From: Gammaproteobacteria bacterium
Lineage (GTDB): Bacteria; Pseudomonadota; Gammaproteobacteria; Pseudomonadales; Halieaceae
Direction: 5' to 3'
Length of the DNA stretch: 64,000 nucleotides
Assembly: GCA_003646405.1 (NCBI GenBank)
Contig: QNFR01000002.1
Coordinates: 4,526 to 68,525, forward strand
The position numbers were made by a program, and so were the translations under genes. A model generated the notes under the pieces. The model worked only from the letters and a program-made list of their open reading frames with translations, was not told the origin of the DNA and searched no databases. Below are positions 44,289 to 54,926 of this stretch, one piece after another. Each line of letters starts with the position of its first letter. Position 1 is the first letter of the stretch.

Positions 44289-44800
44289 GGGGCGTAGATC
44301 AACTGGCCGTCGCAGTAGCGGCAGTGATAGCGCGCCGCTCCGCGCAGTATCCGATTGTGTCTGGTGGTCGATACTTCGTAACCGCGACAACCACAATGGT
44401 AGGGGTGGTTTTTTTGACGGCGCTGGGGAATGCCCGCCAGGTCCAGGTTGAAGGTCACGCCAGCGTCGGCACCAAAGCGAGCCATCAACGCCTGCCACTG
44501 TTGGCCGTGAGGCTTGACTGAGCGGCGACCGTAAGCCTCGTGCACAATGAAGTGCGCCACCTCGTGGGGTACTGTGTCGCGCAGGTTTTCATCAAAGTAC
44601 TTGCCGAAGATCCACGGGTTGTAACGGATGCAGCGCCTGCGCCCAACCACCTTGAACATACCCGCCGCCCGGCCGCGCAGGTCAAACAGTACCGGCACCC
44701 GGTCAAATTTCCGGCCAAAAATACTCTCCGCCTGGCAGATGAAATGCTCGTTCATCTGCGCTACCTGGCGCTGCTGCAAGTCCCCTATAGGCTCTACCAC
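44285..44800 (-). CDS. sprT: SprT-family zinc metalloprotease
   Basis: 171 aa. HEVAHFIVHE (HExxH) and C-terminal Cys4 zinc ribbon (CGC...CRYC). Confidence 0.8.
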   Translation of the reverse strand: MVEPIGDLQQRQVAQMNEHFICQAESIFGRKFDRVPVLFDLRGRAAGMFKVVGRRRCIRYNPWIFGKYFDENLRDTVPHEVAHFIVHEAYGRRSVKPHGQQWQALMARFGADAGVTFNLDLAGIPQRRQKNHPYHCGCRGYEVSTTRHNRILRGAARYHCRYCDGQLIYAP

Positions 44801-45050
44801 GACTGTGAATCCCTGTTGCCCGGTTGTGTCGAATTGACTATACGACCAGGCGTACTTGGCACACAGCTCGCACTCTGCTACGCTGGTAACGCCCGACGGG
44901 CAGCATAGCGCCCTCCTCTGCCCGGCTCAAATATTTTCGCCACGGTGTGGTGTAATTTATTTGTTGCGAACAGTCATTGTTCCGCACCCTCCCACAGCAC
45001 AGACTCTGGCACGGCTCACAGGCCTTGCCAGTCACAGAAAAGAAAACGAT

Positions 45051-46070
45051 ATGACCACACAGCTACTCGACACCAATATACTCAGCGACTACCTGGTCGA
45101 TCACATCCCCGATTTTAGTGGCCCGGTGAGCGCTGAGAAGTTCGCCGGTGGCCAGTCCAACCCGACCTTCAAACTGACCGCGGGCGATCAGACCTACGTC
45201 CTGCGCCGTAAGCCACCGGGTGAATTACTTAAATCAGCCCATGCGGTCGACCGGGAATTTCGCGTCATCAGCGCTCTGCGCGATACCGATGTACCGGTAC
45301 CGGGAACCTATGTCCTGTGTGAGGACGAAACTGTCATTGGTTCCATATTTTATGTCATGGAGTATATGGAAGGACGCATACTGTGGAACCCGCTGTTGCC
45401 GGAAGCCAACGACAACCAGGAGCGCGGCGCCTTCTACGACGCCATGAACCAGACCATGGCGGCACTGCACAATGTGGATGTGGACACAGTGGGCCTGGCC
45501 GATTTTGGTCGGCCAGGCAACTATTTCGAGCGTCAGTTGAGCCGCTGGAGCAAGCAGTACAAGGCATCGGAGACCCAGCACATCGCCACCATGGAAACCC
45601 TGATGACCTGGCTATCGGTCAATATGCCCGCAGATGACGGCGTGGTCAGCCTGGTACACGGCGACTACCGGCTGGACAATATGATGTTTCATCCCACACA
45701 ACCCCGGGTCATCGCGCTGCTGGACTGGGAACTGTCCACCCTGGGCCACCCCCTGGCTGACCTGGCCAACCAGTGCACGGCCTGGATGCTGCCGCAGGAA
45801 GGTCACATCAAGGGCCTGGAGGGGGTCGACCGCCACTCCCTGGGCATTCCCACGGATGAACAATACATCGCCCGTTACTGTGAGCGCACGGGTCGCGACG
45901 GTATCGATAACTGGAATTTCTACATGATTTTTTCGCTGTTTCGCCTGGCGGCGATACTACAGGGTATTGTAAAGCGCGCGCAGATAGGTACGGCATCCAG
46001 TGCCCAAGCTGATACCAGTGACGACATGGTGGGCCATTTGGCCGATATGGCGATACATTTGATCGACTGA
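45051..46070 (+). CDS. phosphotransferase (APH/choline-kinase-like) family protein
   Basis: Internal ATG chosen. GGQSNPTFKL, Brenner motif HGDYRLDNMMF, DWELS. Confidence 0.8.
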   Translation: MTTQLLDTNILSDYLVDHIPDFSGPVSAEKFAGGQSNPTFKLTAGDQTYVLRRKPPGELLKSAHAVDREFRVISALRDTDVPVPGTYVLCEDETVIGSIFYVMEYMEGRILWNPLLPEANDNQERGAFYDAMNQTMAALHNVDVDTVGLADFGRPGNYFERQLSRWSKQYKASETQHIATMETLMTWLSVNMPADDGVVSLVHGDYRLDNMMFHPTQPRVIALLDWELSTLGHPLADLANQCTAWMLPQEGHIKGLEGVDRHSLGIPTDEQYIARYCERTGRDGIDNWNFYMIFSLFRLAAILQGIVKRAQIGTASSAQADTSDDMVGHLADMAIHLID

Positions 46071-46168
46071 CGTCCCGCCCGGTTCAACTGCCATGCAGTA
46101 ACCCCGTGTAAAACCTCCAGAGAAAAGGGTTACCCGAACGGCACTTACTCAGGGCCTCAGTGGACAGG

Positions 46169-47824
46169 TTACGCCGGCGCTTTGGGGGCCGCCTTGCTGC
46201 GCGCGGCGGTCTTCTTGCGCTTTGGAGCTTGCTTGCGCGTCGCGGCTGACTTGGACTTGCCCGCCGGTTTTTTTGGTTTATCCAAGTGCACGCGCAACTC
46301 CCGTTGGGCCTCGCGATCTACCCGGGTGGGCGAGGGCCGACGGCGAGATGAGCGCGTACGGTGATACTTGGATGCATCCGGTCGCAGATCGCCATACTCG
46401 AAGCGGTGCAGAATATTCTCCATGGTACGGCCAATCTGGGTACAGATGCGGATCGCTTCTATATTGGGATAGGTGGAGTGCTCACCCCCTTTCATCAATT
46501 CCATCAGGTCCTGCTCAGACAGGTGTGATAGAATTTTAGCGGGATTGTACCAGCTAAAACTCGGTACAATGTTGATATCACCGCTATAGTCCTGATCCAT
46601 CAGGGCGTGGATGCTGCTCATCAGCATATTGAAACGTGGCCATGTATCCCACTGTTTTTGCACCATGCCCCGATAGAAGTTAAGGAGTTCACGCCCCATG
46701 CCGATACCCAGGCTCCCCAACGCGGCACTCAGGACACTGCGTTCTCCCTCCCTTTTCAGAAACGGAATGGCGATGGGGTTGACCATACTCACGATATAGT
46801 GATTGGTGCTGTACAGACGCTGTAAGCGCTTGGCGGGCAGATCGTCTGCAATGGAGCCGTCCACCCACTTGCGGGTGGGCAGGTAGGGCTGGGCTTCTCC
46901 GTGCACGTTCTTGGCCATCAGCGTGACTGGCGGAAAAACACCGGGCACCGCGCAGGATGCCTTCACCGCATAGCGCACATATACGTTGGGTGAGGTGATG
47001 GCATTCAACAGGCGGGAGCGCTGGTGCGGCTCCGCCGGCGCCACCGAGATGCTGATCTGCCGACCGGTTTTCTCGTAGGCTTCCTGGAAGGTCAAATCCA
47101 GCACCATCCGACCTATCAACTTATCCAGGTCACCCACGTCGATCTGTGGGTTAACGCCAAAAAACATGCGGGAAAAGGCGCTGGCCTCCCGCTCCGCCTC
47201 GAACAATACATTGGCGGGATCGTAGAAGTGTTGCAGCTCCTCGTCGGTGTGGGTTCCTACCACGCCGGCCACCAGGGCGCCCGCACTGGAGCCGGAAATC
47301 ACCTTCGGCAACAAACCCTCGTCCAGCAAAGCCCTCACTACTCCCAGGTGATAAAAGCCCAATACGCCGCCACCGCTTAACATCAGGGCAGAGCGGCCAT
47401 AACAGACATTGGCGCGATAGAAGAAATCGAGTTTTTCCTGCACATTGATGTCATCGCTTTCCAACTCCGCCAGAAAACGCAGGGAATCGTCGATCTCGTC
47501 AATATATTGCTCGATAAGTTTTTTGGTGCCAAACTTGGCGCGGCGGTAGAGGGTGCTGCGGCCCATCCCCCCCATGTTGCCGTGAATACCCTCGTTCAGT
47601 GTAAACAGCAGGCCGTGGTAGTCGTGGCGCGCCCGCAGGCTGCGCAGCCTGTCCAGACGCAGGCGAATCTGGGCATAGTCGTACTGGCTGGTATGATCTA
47701 CCTCTCGCCAGCGCTTCTGCCCCGACAACTCATCGTGCTCAATCGCCGCTTCACACCACGCCTCGTAGCTGGTGTGCTTGTTCATCTGCTTCTCAAGTTT
47801 CTTGAGTTTGCGTGAGTTTCTCAC
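46169..47824 (-). CDS. patatin-like phospholipase (DUF3336-type N-terminus) with Lys/Ala-rich basic C-terminal tail
   Basis: GGGVLGFYHLG oxyanion motif, GSSAG nucleophile elbow. The last ~40 aa are KPKKPAGKSKSAATRKQAPKRKKTAARSKAAPKAPA. Confidence 0.85.
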   Translation of the reverse strand: MRNSRKLKKLEKQMNKHTSYEAWCEAAIEHDELSGQKRWREVDHTSQYDYAQIRLRLDRLRSLRARHDYHGLLFTLNEGIHGNMGGMGRSTLYRRAKFGTKKLIEQYIDEIDDSLRFLAELESDDINVQEKLDFFYRANVCYGRSALMLSGGGVLGFYHLGVVRALLDEGLLPKVISGSSAGALVAGVVGTHTDEELQHFYDPANVLFEAEREASAFSRMFFGVNPQIDVGDLDKLIGRMVLDLTFQEAYEKTGRQISISVAPAEPHQRSRLLNAITSPNVYVRYAVKASCAVPGVFPPVTLMAKNVHGEAQPYLPTRKWVDGSIADDLPAKRLQRLYSTNHYIVSMVNPIAIPFLKREGERSVLSAALGSLGIGMGRELLNFYRGMVQKQWDTWPRFNMLMSSIHALMDQDYSGDINIVPSFSWYNPAKILSHLSEQDLMELMKGGEHSTYPNIEAIRICTQIGRTMENILHRFEYGDLRPDASKYHRTRSSRRRPSPTRVDREAQRELRVHLDKPKKPAGKSKSAATRKQAPKRKKTAARSKAAPKAPA

Positions 47825-48138
47825 GAATTTCCCTCTTGTGGGCTTGCCTACCCTGGATTATCAGGTGGTTGGAGCACCAGTGTAGTCCAAACAAGCTATG
47901 ACGCCCACCAGTTTGTTAGCGGTGAACACTTGTCGCTTTGATCTCCACCAAGGGGTGCTCGAAATTTAACCGAAATTTATGATACACCTCCCATTCAGGC
48001 TAATTGGGGTGTACTACGGTCTACATGCTACATTATGGGAGGCAAGGTACACTAGACTCTGCGCGAGTTGAGGAAATTTGCGATTCCAGTGCGGCAATAC
48101 CTGTCATATAATCCGGATCAAACAAGGAGGTTTTCTTT

Positions 48139-49204
48139 TTGCGCGCTTATTTAATCGTCGCCCTGTTCCTGCTATTGATATTTGGTAGCATATTCGGCTA
48201 CCTCTTCAAGCAGTCCGCCGGTCGGGCCGGGCAGGCCTTCACCCCACCTCCGATCACAATTGCGGCGACCACGGCACATACCGAGACCTGGCCGTCGCAG
48301 CTGGACGCTGTAGGCACGATCCGCGCGACCCGGGGCGCGGAACTAAGCGCGGAAACCAGCGGTGAGATCATCGCTATCCGTGTGCCCTCCGGCGCGGAGG
48401 TCCAGGCCGGACAGCTGTTGCTAACCCTCAACGACAGCGTGGAACAGGCCAGTCGCAAGCGGCAAGAGGCCAATCTGATTGGCCCGATTGTTGTACAAAA
48501 GGGACGCCAGCCTGGTAAAAAAGAAATCCATTCCACAGAGTCAGTACGACCGTTCCCAGGCCAACCTGGACAGCGCGATCGCACAACTGGCGGAGACAGA
48601 AGCCCGTCTCGCCAACAAGCGCATCGTCGCTCCTTTCAAGGGAACCGTTGGCATCATTCAAGTGAAGGTCGGCGATTACATTGAATCCGGCACACCGATC
48701 ACAACGCTACAGGACCTCGGTGAGTTGGAGATCGATTTTGCCGTTCCCGCCAGGCACTTCCCGCAGCTGCGCAAGGGTCTGAGTATCGCCGTGTACACAG
48801 CCGCCTTCCCCGGGCGGGAGTTCCGCGCCACCCTGCGGGCACTGGACGCCAGGGTCGACGCGAACACACGCAACCTCATGTTGCGAGCCACTATGGACGA
48901 CAGTGACGGCCTGCTCCCGGGCATGTTCGCCCGATTGATCGTAGATCTGGGCAACCCGATAACGATGGTCGCCGTACCGGAGACCGCAGTCTCCTACTCG
49001 CTACACGGCAATATTATATATGTTATACAAGAGAGCGACGGTGAGTTACAGGTGCAACCACGCGTGGTGCAAACTGGTGATTCCCGGGGCGGGAAGATCG
49101 CCATCATTGACGGCTTGCACGGCGGCGAACGAGTCGTCACCGCGGGGCAAAACAAACTGCGCCGCGGTGCCCGCGTTGTCATCGACGAGTCGGTGAAGTT
49201 CTAG
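48139..49204 (+). pseudogene. RND efflux periplasmic adaptor (MFP), single frameshift near 48478
   Basis: TTG start after AAGGAGG. The N-terminal part in frame 1 runs to ..QASRKRQEANL. The remainder, ARLLYKRDASLVKKKSI..VAPFKGTVG.. to the stop at 49204, is in frame 2, and each frame hits stops beyond the junction. Confidence 0.75.
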
Positions 49205-52200
49205 TGTCATTCACCGACACATTTATCAAGCGCCCGGTGCTGGCCCTGGTAGTCAGCAGCCTGTTACTGCTGCTGGGCTGCGCGTCCCTGTTTCGGGTAA
49301 GCCTGCGCGAATTCCCGGAGCTGGAACGCAGCGTCATCTACGTTGATACAACCTACCGCGGAGCCAGTGGGCGCACCGTACAGGGTTTTGTGACCACCCC
49401 CCTGCAAATCAGTATCGCCGGAGCCCGGGGCATCGAATACATGACCTCCGACAGCAACCCCGGCAAGTCCAGCATCGAGGTCCATGTGCGGCTGGGAGAG
49501 GACACCAGCGCCGTATTGTCTGAAGTCATCGCCAAGGTCAATCAGGCCAGGGGAGACCTCCCCCGGGAGATCAACGACCCGGTCATAAGAACCGCCACCG
49601 GCGCTGATGCCATGATGTACCTGGGCTTCTTCAGCGACCAGATGACGCCCTACCAGATCACCGATTACCTGATGCGCACGGTGCAACCGGAACTCGCCAC
49701 CCTGGAGGGCGTCGGCAGTGTCAGTATTTTCGGCCACCACCTGGCCATGCGAATCTGGCTGGACCCGGTGCGTATGGCGGCTTTTGGTGTTACCGCCACG
49801 GACATCAGTGCCGCCGTACGGCGGGACAATTACATCGCTACCGCGGGTTCGACAGAGGGGGCCCTGGTGCAATCCACGGTGGATGCTCGTACCGATATGC
49901 AGTTCCCCGAGGAATTCAAAAACCTGGTGGTACGCCAGGTCGGGGAAAAACGTGTGCGCCTCGGCGATGTGGCAGAGGTAGCACTGGCCGCTGAAAGTAC
50001 CCAGATCAAAGCCCTGTCCAGCGGACACGAGACCGTATTCATGTCTATCACACCGACACCGGATGCCAACCCACTGGAAGTATCCAAGGCGGTTCACGAC
50101 GCGATGCCAGTCATTAAGTCCGTCCTGCCCGCCGACATGGAGGTATTGATGGACTGGGATAGCAGCACCGTTATCGATGCGGCGCTGAAGGAAGTCGTCA
50201 CCACCCTGCTGGAAGCGGCTCTGATTGTCATCCTGGTTATCTACCTGTTCCTGGGGTCTCTGCGCGTCGTGTTAATACCCCTGATCGTTATTCCCCTGTC
50301 ACTGATCGGTGTGGTTTTTCTGATCCTGGTGATGGGTTTCTCCCTCAACCTGCTGACCCTGCTGGCCATGGTGATCGCCATCGGGCTGGTGGTAGACGAT
50401 GCCATCGTGGTGGTAGAGAACGTGCACAGGCATATAGAGCACGGCGCCTCACCGCGCGCAGCTGCACTGCTCGGCGCCCGTGAGGTCGCCCTGCCGGTCG
50501 TGACCATGACACTGACCTTGGCCGCGGTCTACGCCCCCATTGCCTTTATCGGCGGGCTGACCGGCGCCCTGTTCAGCGAGTTCGCTCTGACCCTGGCCGG
50601 TGCTGTGGTCGTCTCGGGCATTGTCGCCCTGACCCTCAGCCCCATGATGTGCTCCCGGGTCTTAAAAGACAGTGAACACCAGGGCCGCTTCGCGAACTGG
50701 CTCGATACGCGCTTCGAGTTTTTGATTAATCGCTACCGAAGGCTGCTGTCGGCCTGCCTGGCTAATCGGGGGGCAGTGCTGCTGTTCGCGGCCTGCATTC
50801 TCGCCAGCCTGCCACTACTGTTCTCTCTGGGCCAGCAGGAATTGGCGCCGGAGGAAGATACCGGAGGGCTCTATGTCACCGGCACCTCGCCGCGCTATGC
50901 CAACCTCGACTACAACGATTACTTCCTCAAGGAGGTGTTGCAGATATGGAAAGATATTCCTGAATTCAGCCATTCCTGGCAAGTGATCTGGCCCCATCTT
51001 AACCTTGGCGGCATAAACATGGTCCCCTGGGATGAACGGCAGCGCAGCCAGCAACAGGTCCAGGCGGAATTCCAGCAAAAATTAGGCCGCGTGGCCGGGA
51101 TGGAATTGTTCACCTTTGGCATCCCGTCCCTGCCGGGGTCGGATGCTGGCCTTCCGGTAAATTTTGTGGTCGCCTCTACCGCAGACTATGAGGAAGTCAT
51201 GCGTGTTGGCGACGAGTTGCTGCAGGCCGCCCGCGAATCGGGCCTGTTCACTTTCGTCACCCAGACTCTGGACTTCAACCGACCGGAAACAGCCGTCAAT
51301 ATCGACCGGGAACGGGCCGCGCGCCTGGGCATTTCCATGCGGGACATTGGCGAGACACTATCGATCATGCTCGGTGAGGACGAGCTGAACCGCTTTAACC
51401 TGGAGGGACGCAGCTACAAGGTTATCCCCCAGGCCGGACGCGGTTTTCGCCTGACCAGGCAGGAGCTGGAAAAATACTACCTGCGCACGGCCAGTGATGA
51501 ACTGGTACCCCTGTCTGCGGTTATTTCGCTGGAATTGCGCGTGGAACCCAACGAACTGGCCCAGTACCAGCAACTCAACAGCACCACCATCAAGGGCATC
51601 ATGGCGCCGCCAAACAGTCTCGGCACCGGGCTGGCATTCCTACGTGACAAGTTGTATGAAATCGCGCCAACAGGGTTCCGCGAAGGCTACACCGGTGGCT
51701 CGCGGCGCTTCGTCCAGGAATCCGCTTCCTTTCCGGTACTATTCGGCCTGTCGCTGATTCTCATCTTTCTGGTGTTGTCCGCGCAGTACAACAGTTTCCG
51801 GGACCCACTGGTGGTACTGGTTTCCGTGCCGCTGTCCGTGTTCGGGGCGATGGTACCTATTGCCCTGGGTTTCGCCACTATCAATATCTATACCCAGGTG
51901 GGTCTGTTAACCCTGATCGGCCTGATCAGCAAGCACGGCATCCTGATCGTGGATTTCGCCAATCAGTTGACCCGGGAGGGAATGGATCGCAAGGCGGCGG
52001 TATTGCAGGCGGCAACCCTGCGGCTGCGCCCCATTCTGATGACGACTTTCGCCACTGTACTGGGGGTCTGGCCACTGGTCGTCGCCACCGGCGCCGGCGC
52101 CAACAGCCGCTACAGTATCGGCCTGATGATCACCACCGGCATGCTGGTTGGCACCCTGTTTACGCTGTTCGTACTGCCTACGCTATACCTGCCCTTCAGC

Positions 52201-52272
52201 GCGCGGGCCAGACGTAAGACCACGGCAGCTGAGCAAGCGCTAACAGCCCATGTGGCGAACCCCCCTAACTAG
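49204..52272 (+). CDS. RND efflux transporter permease (AcrB/MexB family)
   Basis: 1022 aa, 12-TM architecture, conserved VVDDAIVVVEN motif. The GTG start overlaps the adaptor stop (TAGTG). Confidence 0.9.
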   Translation: MSFTDTFIKRPVLALVVSSLLLLLGCASLFRVSLREFPELERSVIYVDTTYRGASGRTVQGFVTTPLQISIAGARGIEYMTSDSNPGKSSIEVHVRLGEDTSAVLSEVIAKVNQARGDLPREINDPVIRTATGADAMMYLGFFSDQMTPYQITDYLMRTVQPELATLEGVGSVSIFGHHLAMRIWLDPVRMAAFGVTATDISAAVRRDNYIATAGSTEGALVQSTVDARTDMQFPEEFKNLVVRQVGEKRVRLGDVAEVALAAESTQIKALSSGHETVFMSITPTPDANPLEVSKAVHDAMPVIKSVLPADMEVLMDWDSSTVIDAALKEVVTTLLEAALIVILVIYLFLGSLRVVLIPLIVIPLSLIGVVFLILVMGFSLNLLTLLAMVIAIGLVVDDAIVVVENVHRHIEHGASPRAAALLGAREVALPVVTMTLTLAAVYAPIAFIGGLTGALFSEFALTLAGAVVVSGIVALTLSPMMCSRVLKDSEHQGRFANWLDTRFEFLINRYRRLLSACLANRGAVLLFAACILASLPLLFSLGQQELAPEEDTGGLYVTGTSPRYANLDYNDYFLKEVLQIWKDIPEFSHSWQVIWPHLNLGGINMVPWDERQRSQQQVQAEFQQKLGRVAGMELFTFGIPSLPGSDAGLPVNFVVASTADYEEVMRVGDELLQAARESGLFTFVTQTLDFNRPETAVNIDRERAARLGISMRDIGETLSIMLGEDELNRFNLEGRSYKVIPQAGRGFRLTRQELEKYYLRTASDELVPLSAVISLELRVEPNELAQYQQLNSTTIKGIMAPPNSLGTGLAFLRDKLYEIAPTGFREGYTGGSRRFVQESASFPVLFGLSLILIFLVLSAQYNSFRDPLVVLVSVPLSVFGAMVPIALGFATINIYTQVGLLTLIGLISKHGILIVDFANQLTREGMDRKAAVLQAATLRLRPILMTTFATVLGVWPLVVATGAGANSRYSIGLMITTGMLVGTLFTLFVLPTLYLPFSARARRKTTAAEQALTAHVANPPN

Positions 52273-52287
52273 ACATTATGTAGTGTC

Positions 52288-53871
52288 CTATTGTTTGTCT
52301 TCAGGGCCCTCCTCCTCCGACCCCGGGCCTTCATCACCGCGGGCCCCACCCCGGTATTCCTCCATCAGGCGCCGCTTGTACAGCTTGCCATCGTCCATAC
52401 GCGGTAGCTCGGGGTGAAAATCCAGCGAACGGGGCATCTTGATATGGGAGATGCGCTCGCGCAGCCATTCCATGATCTCGATGGCCGTCTCGTCGGTGGC
52501 ATCAGCCCAGTTCATGGGCTGCACCACGACCTTCACCTGCTCCCCGAACTCCTCATGGGGGACCCCGAACACGGCGACATCGGCCACTTTGTCGTGGCTT
52601 GTCAGGATATTCTCGATCTCCTGGGGATAGATATTCACCCCGTCACTGATGATCATGAAGTTCTTGCGATCGGTGAGGTACACAAACCCCTCCTCATCCA
52701 CATAGCCCACATCGCCGGTGGTGGCCCAGCCCTTGTCGTTATAGGCGCCTGCAGTCTTTTCCGGCTCGCCGTGGTACTTGAATGCAGCCTGTTCTCCGCC
52801 GAAGTAAATGGTCCCTGTCTCACCCTGGGGCACTTCATTGCCGTCGTCGTCCACGATGTGTATTTCACCGACCAGGACGGGGCCCACCGAGCCCTTGTGT
52901 GTCAGCCAGCTGGCGGAGTCGATGATGGTGACACCAATGCCCTCACTGGCGGTGTAGTACTCGACGATCACCTCGCCCCACCACTTGATCATTCTCTCCT
53001 TGATCTCCACCGGGCATGGCGCAGTGGCGTGGATGGCAAACTGCATGGAACTCACATCGTAAGCGTCGCGCACTTCCCGGGGCAACTTCAGCATACGGAT
53101 AAACATAATGGGCACCCACTGGCTGTGGGTCACCCGATGCTCCTCAATAAGCTTGAGGGCCTGCTCCGGGGCGAACTGCTCCATCACTACCGTGGTGCCG
53201 CCCTGGTAGGTAACCATCATGTTGTAGTGCAGGGGCGCCGCGTGGTACAGGGGCGCCGGCGACAGGTACACCGTCTCGTCACTGAAGCCAAAAGCGGCAC
53301 CCATGGAGTCCACCAGGGGGGGCGGGGTATTCACATCGGTACTGGCCGGCGGCACAAAAACACCCTTGGGCTGCCCGGTAGTGCCCGAGGAATACACCAT
53401 CGGCACACCGTTACTCTCATCGTCTATGCGGGTCGTTGGCTGCGCATCCGTGGCCTCCTCCCAGGATTCAAAGCCGGGCTTGATGCCACCCACCATGTAA
53501 AAATGCTCCACACCGGTGGCCTCCGACAATACCTGCTCGGCGACACCCGCCAGTTTGAGTGAACCGATAAACAACTTCGCACCACAGTTTTGCAGAATAT
53601 AAGCGGTCTCCTCTTTACTCATGTGAGCGCTGAGCGGCGTGAAAATCAGGCCGGAACGCTGGCCCGCCCAGACGATCTCCAGGAATTCCCGGTTGTTTTC
53701 CATCATCATGCCGATATGGTCGCCACTCTTCAGGCCCAGGGAGCGGAACAGTTGAGCGCCCTGGTTGGAGCGTTCATCCAGTTGCTTGTAGGTGACGATT
53801 TCACCCGATTCTCCCATGATGATAGCGGCTTTGTGCGGGTAGGTCTCGGCGGTGATACTGGGGTGTGGCAT
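52288..53871 (-). CDS. AMP-dependent acyl-CoA synthetase
   Basis: 527 aa. YSSGTTGQPKGV signature, TGD..Y.DE.G, acidic/Gly C-terminal tail. Confidence 0.85.
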   Translation of the reverse strand: MPHPSITAETYPHKAAIIMGESGEIVTYKQLDERSNQGAQLFRSLGLKSGDHIGMMMENNREFLEIVWAGQRSGLIFTPLSAHMSKEETAYILQNCGAKLFIGSLKLAGVAEQVLSEATGVEHFYMVGGIKPGFESWEEATDAQPTTRIDDESNGVPMVYSSGTTGQPKGVFVPPASTDVNTPPPLVDSMGAAFGFSDETVYLSPAPLYHAAPLHYNMMVTYQGGTTVVMEQFAPEQALKLIEEHRVTHSQWVPIMFIRMLKLPREVRDAYDVSSMQFAIHATAPCPVEIKERMIKWWGEVIVEYYTASEGIGVTIIDSASWLTHKGSVGPVLVGEIHIVDDDGNEVPQGETGTIYFGGEQAAFKYHGEPEKTAGAYNDKGWATTGDVGYVDEEGFVYLTDRKNFMIISDGVNIYPQEIENILTSHDKVADVAVFGVPHEEFGEQVKVVVQPMNWADATDETAIEIMEWLRERISHIKMPRSLDFHPELPRMDDGKLYKRRLMEEYRGGARGDEGPGSEEEGPEDKQ

Positions 53872-53898
53872 GCTGTATTCCTTCCTGTTTATGCGTAT

Positions 53899-53936
53899 CC
53901 AGTGGACACTATAGAATTATGACGGGTAAAGTGACA
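53899..53936. repeat. degenerate third copy of the 28-nt element
   Basis: CCAGTGGACACT..(longer spacer)..CGGGTAAAGTGACA. The 11-mer CGGGTAAAGTG is identical to 36520-36530. Starts 28 nt upstream of the acyl-CoA synthetase start codon (53871, minus strand). Confidence 0.45.
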
Positions 53937-53941
53937 GGGCT

Positions 53942-54781
53942 TCAGCGAAAGCGCATAAGGCCCTGTTGCATGGTGGTCGCCACCAGGCGGCCTTCGCGGG
54001 TGTAGAAACTGCCCCGGGCCAGTCCCCGCCCCCCGCCAATGCGCTCGGCTGCCACCGTATGCAGCAGCCATTCATCAGCGCGAAAATCCTCATGAAACCA
54101 CAGGGCGTGATCCAGGCTGGCTACCTGCAGGTTCGAATTTACATAATGTCGCCCGTGGGTTATCAGACAAACATCCATGAGAAAGGCATCGGACAGGTAG
54201 GCCAGCAGGGCCTGGTGCAGGCCACGCGCATCGGGAACCGGCCTCATTGTCTTCATCCAGATCCGCAACACAGGCTCGCGCGATACCGGGTTGTCCCAAT
54301 CCACCGGTTCCACTACCCGGATATCCAGATCCTCCCCTGTGGTAATCATAAAACTTTCATCCAGATTGCCCGCCTCCAGGCCTAACTGTCGCTCACTGGA
54401 CAGCGCCTCCGGAGGCGGCACCCGGGGCATATCGGGTTGATAATCATCACCCGTGGCGGCTTGCTGGAAGGACAGGGTGCTGACCAGGATGGGCTTACCC
54501 CTCTGCAGGGCCACCACCCGCCGCGAACTGAAACTGAATCCATCCCTGGCCCGCTCCACCTCATAGTCGATAGGCCGGGTGGGGTCGCCCGGACGCAGGA
54601 AGTAGGCGTGCTGGGAGTGTATGCCGCGATCGACATCCACGGTCGCCACCGCGGCGCTGATCGCCTGCGCCAGCACTTGCCCACCGTACACACGGATGGT
54701 CTCAGGATGCATATTGTCACCCCTGAAGCGGTCTTGCCCTAAGGCCTGTGGCGTGATGACATGGAGCAGCTGGTCGAGCAT
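53942..54781 (-). CDS. tesB: acyl-CoA thioesterase II
   Basis: 279 aa. Double hot-dog TesB pattern (VYGGQVLAQA.., ..HSQHAYFLRPGD, SLDHALWFH). Confidence 0.85.
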   Translation of the reverse strand: MLDQLLHVITPQALGQDRFRGDNMHPETIRVYGGQVLAQAISAAVATVDVDRGIHSQHAYFLRPGDPTRPIDYEVERARDGFSFSSRRVVALQRGKPILVSTLSFQQAATGDDYQPDMPRVPPPEALSSERQLGLEAGNLDESFMITTGEDLDIRVVEPVDWDNPVSREPVLRIWMKTMRPVPDARGLHQALLAYLSDAFLMDVCLITHGRHYVNSNLQVASLDHALWFHEDFRADEWLLHTVAAERIGGGRGLARGSFYTREGRLVATTMQQGLMRFR

Positions 54782-54926
54782 CGGTACACCTTGTTCACAA
54801 AAGAGCCGCTATTATCCAGATTTCTGACCCCGTGCCAAACTAAGAATCAGGATTTAATATCGCGGCCGGGTGGTTATATTTGATATTCTCGGGCGACAGG
54901 TTTGTACCGACCACCAAGGAACCACG

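Noticed and set aside
48469-48490. The RND-adaptor frame change as programmed ribosomal frameshifting.
   Set aside because: I saw no slippery heptamer and no downstream stimulatory structure. The family is not known to use frameshifting. A mutation or sequencing error is more likely.
52414-53562. Long antisense ORFs inside well-supported genes. Examples are 52414-53562, 30568-31461, 49264-50097, 24461-25306, 26026-26688 and 15749-16240.
   Set aside because: Each lies opposite a gene with strong family motifs (AMP-binding ligases, RND pump, ACAD, RapA, ValS). None has recognisable motifs. They were not called.
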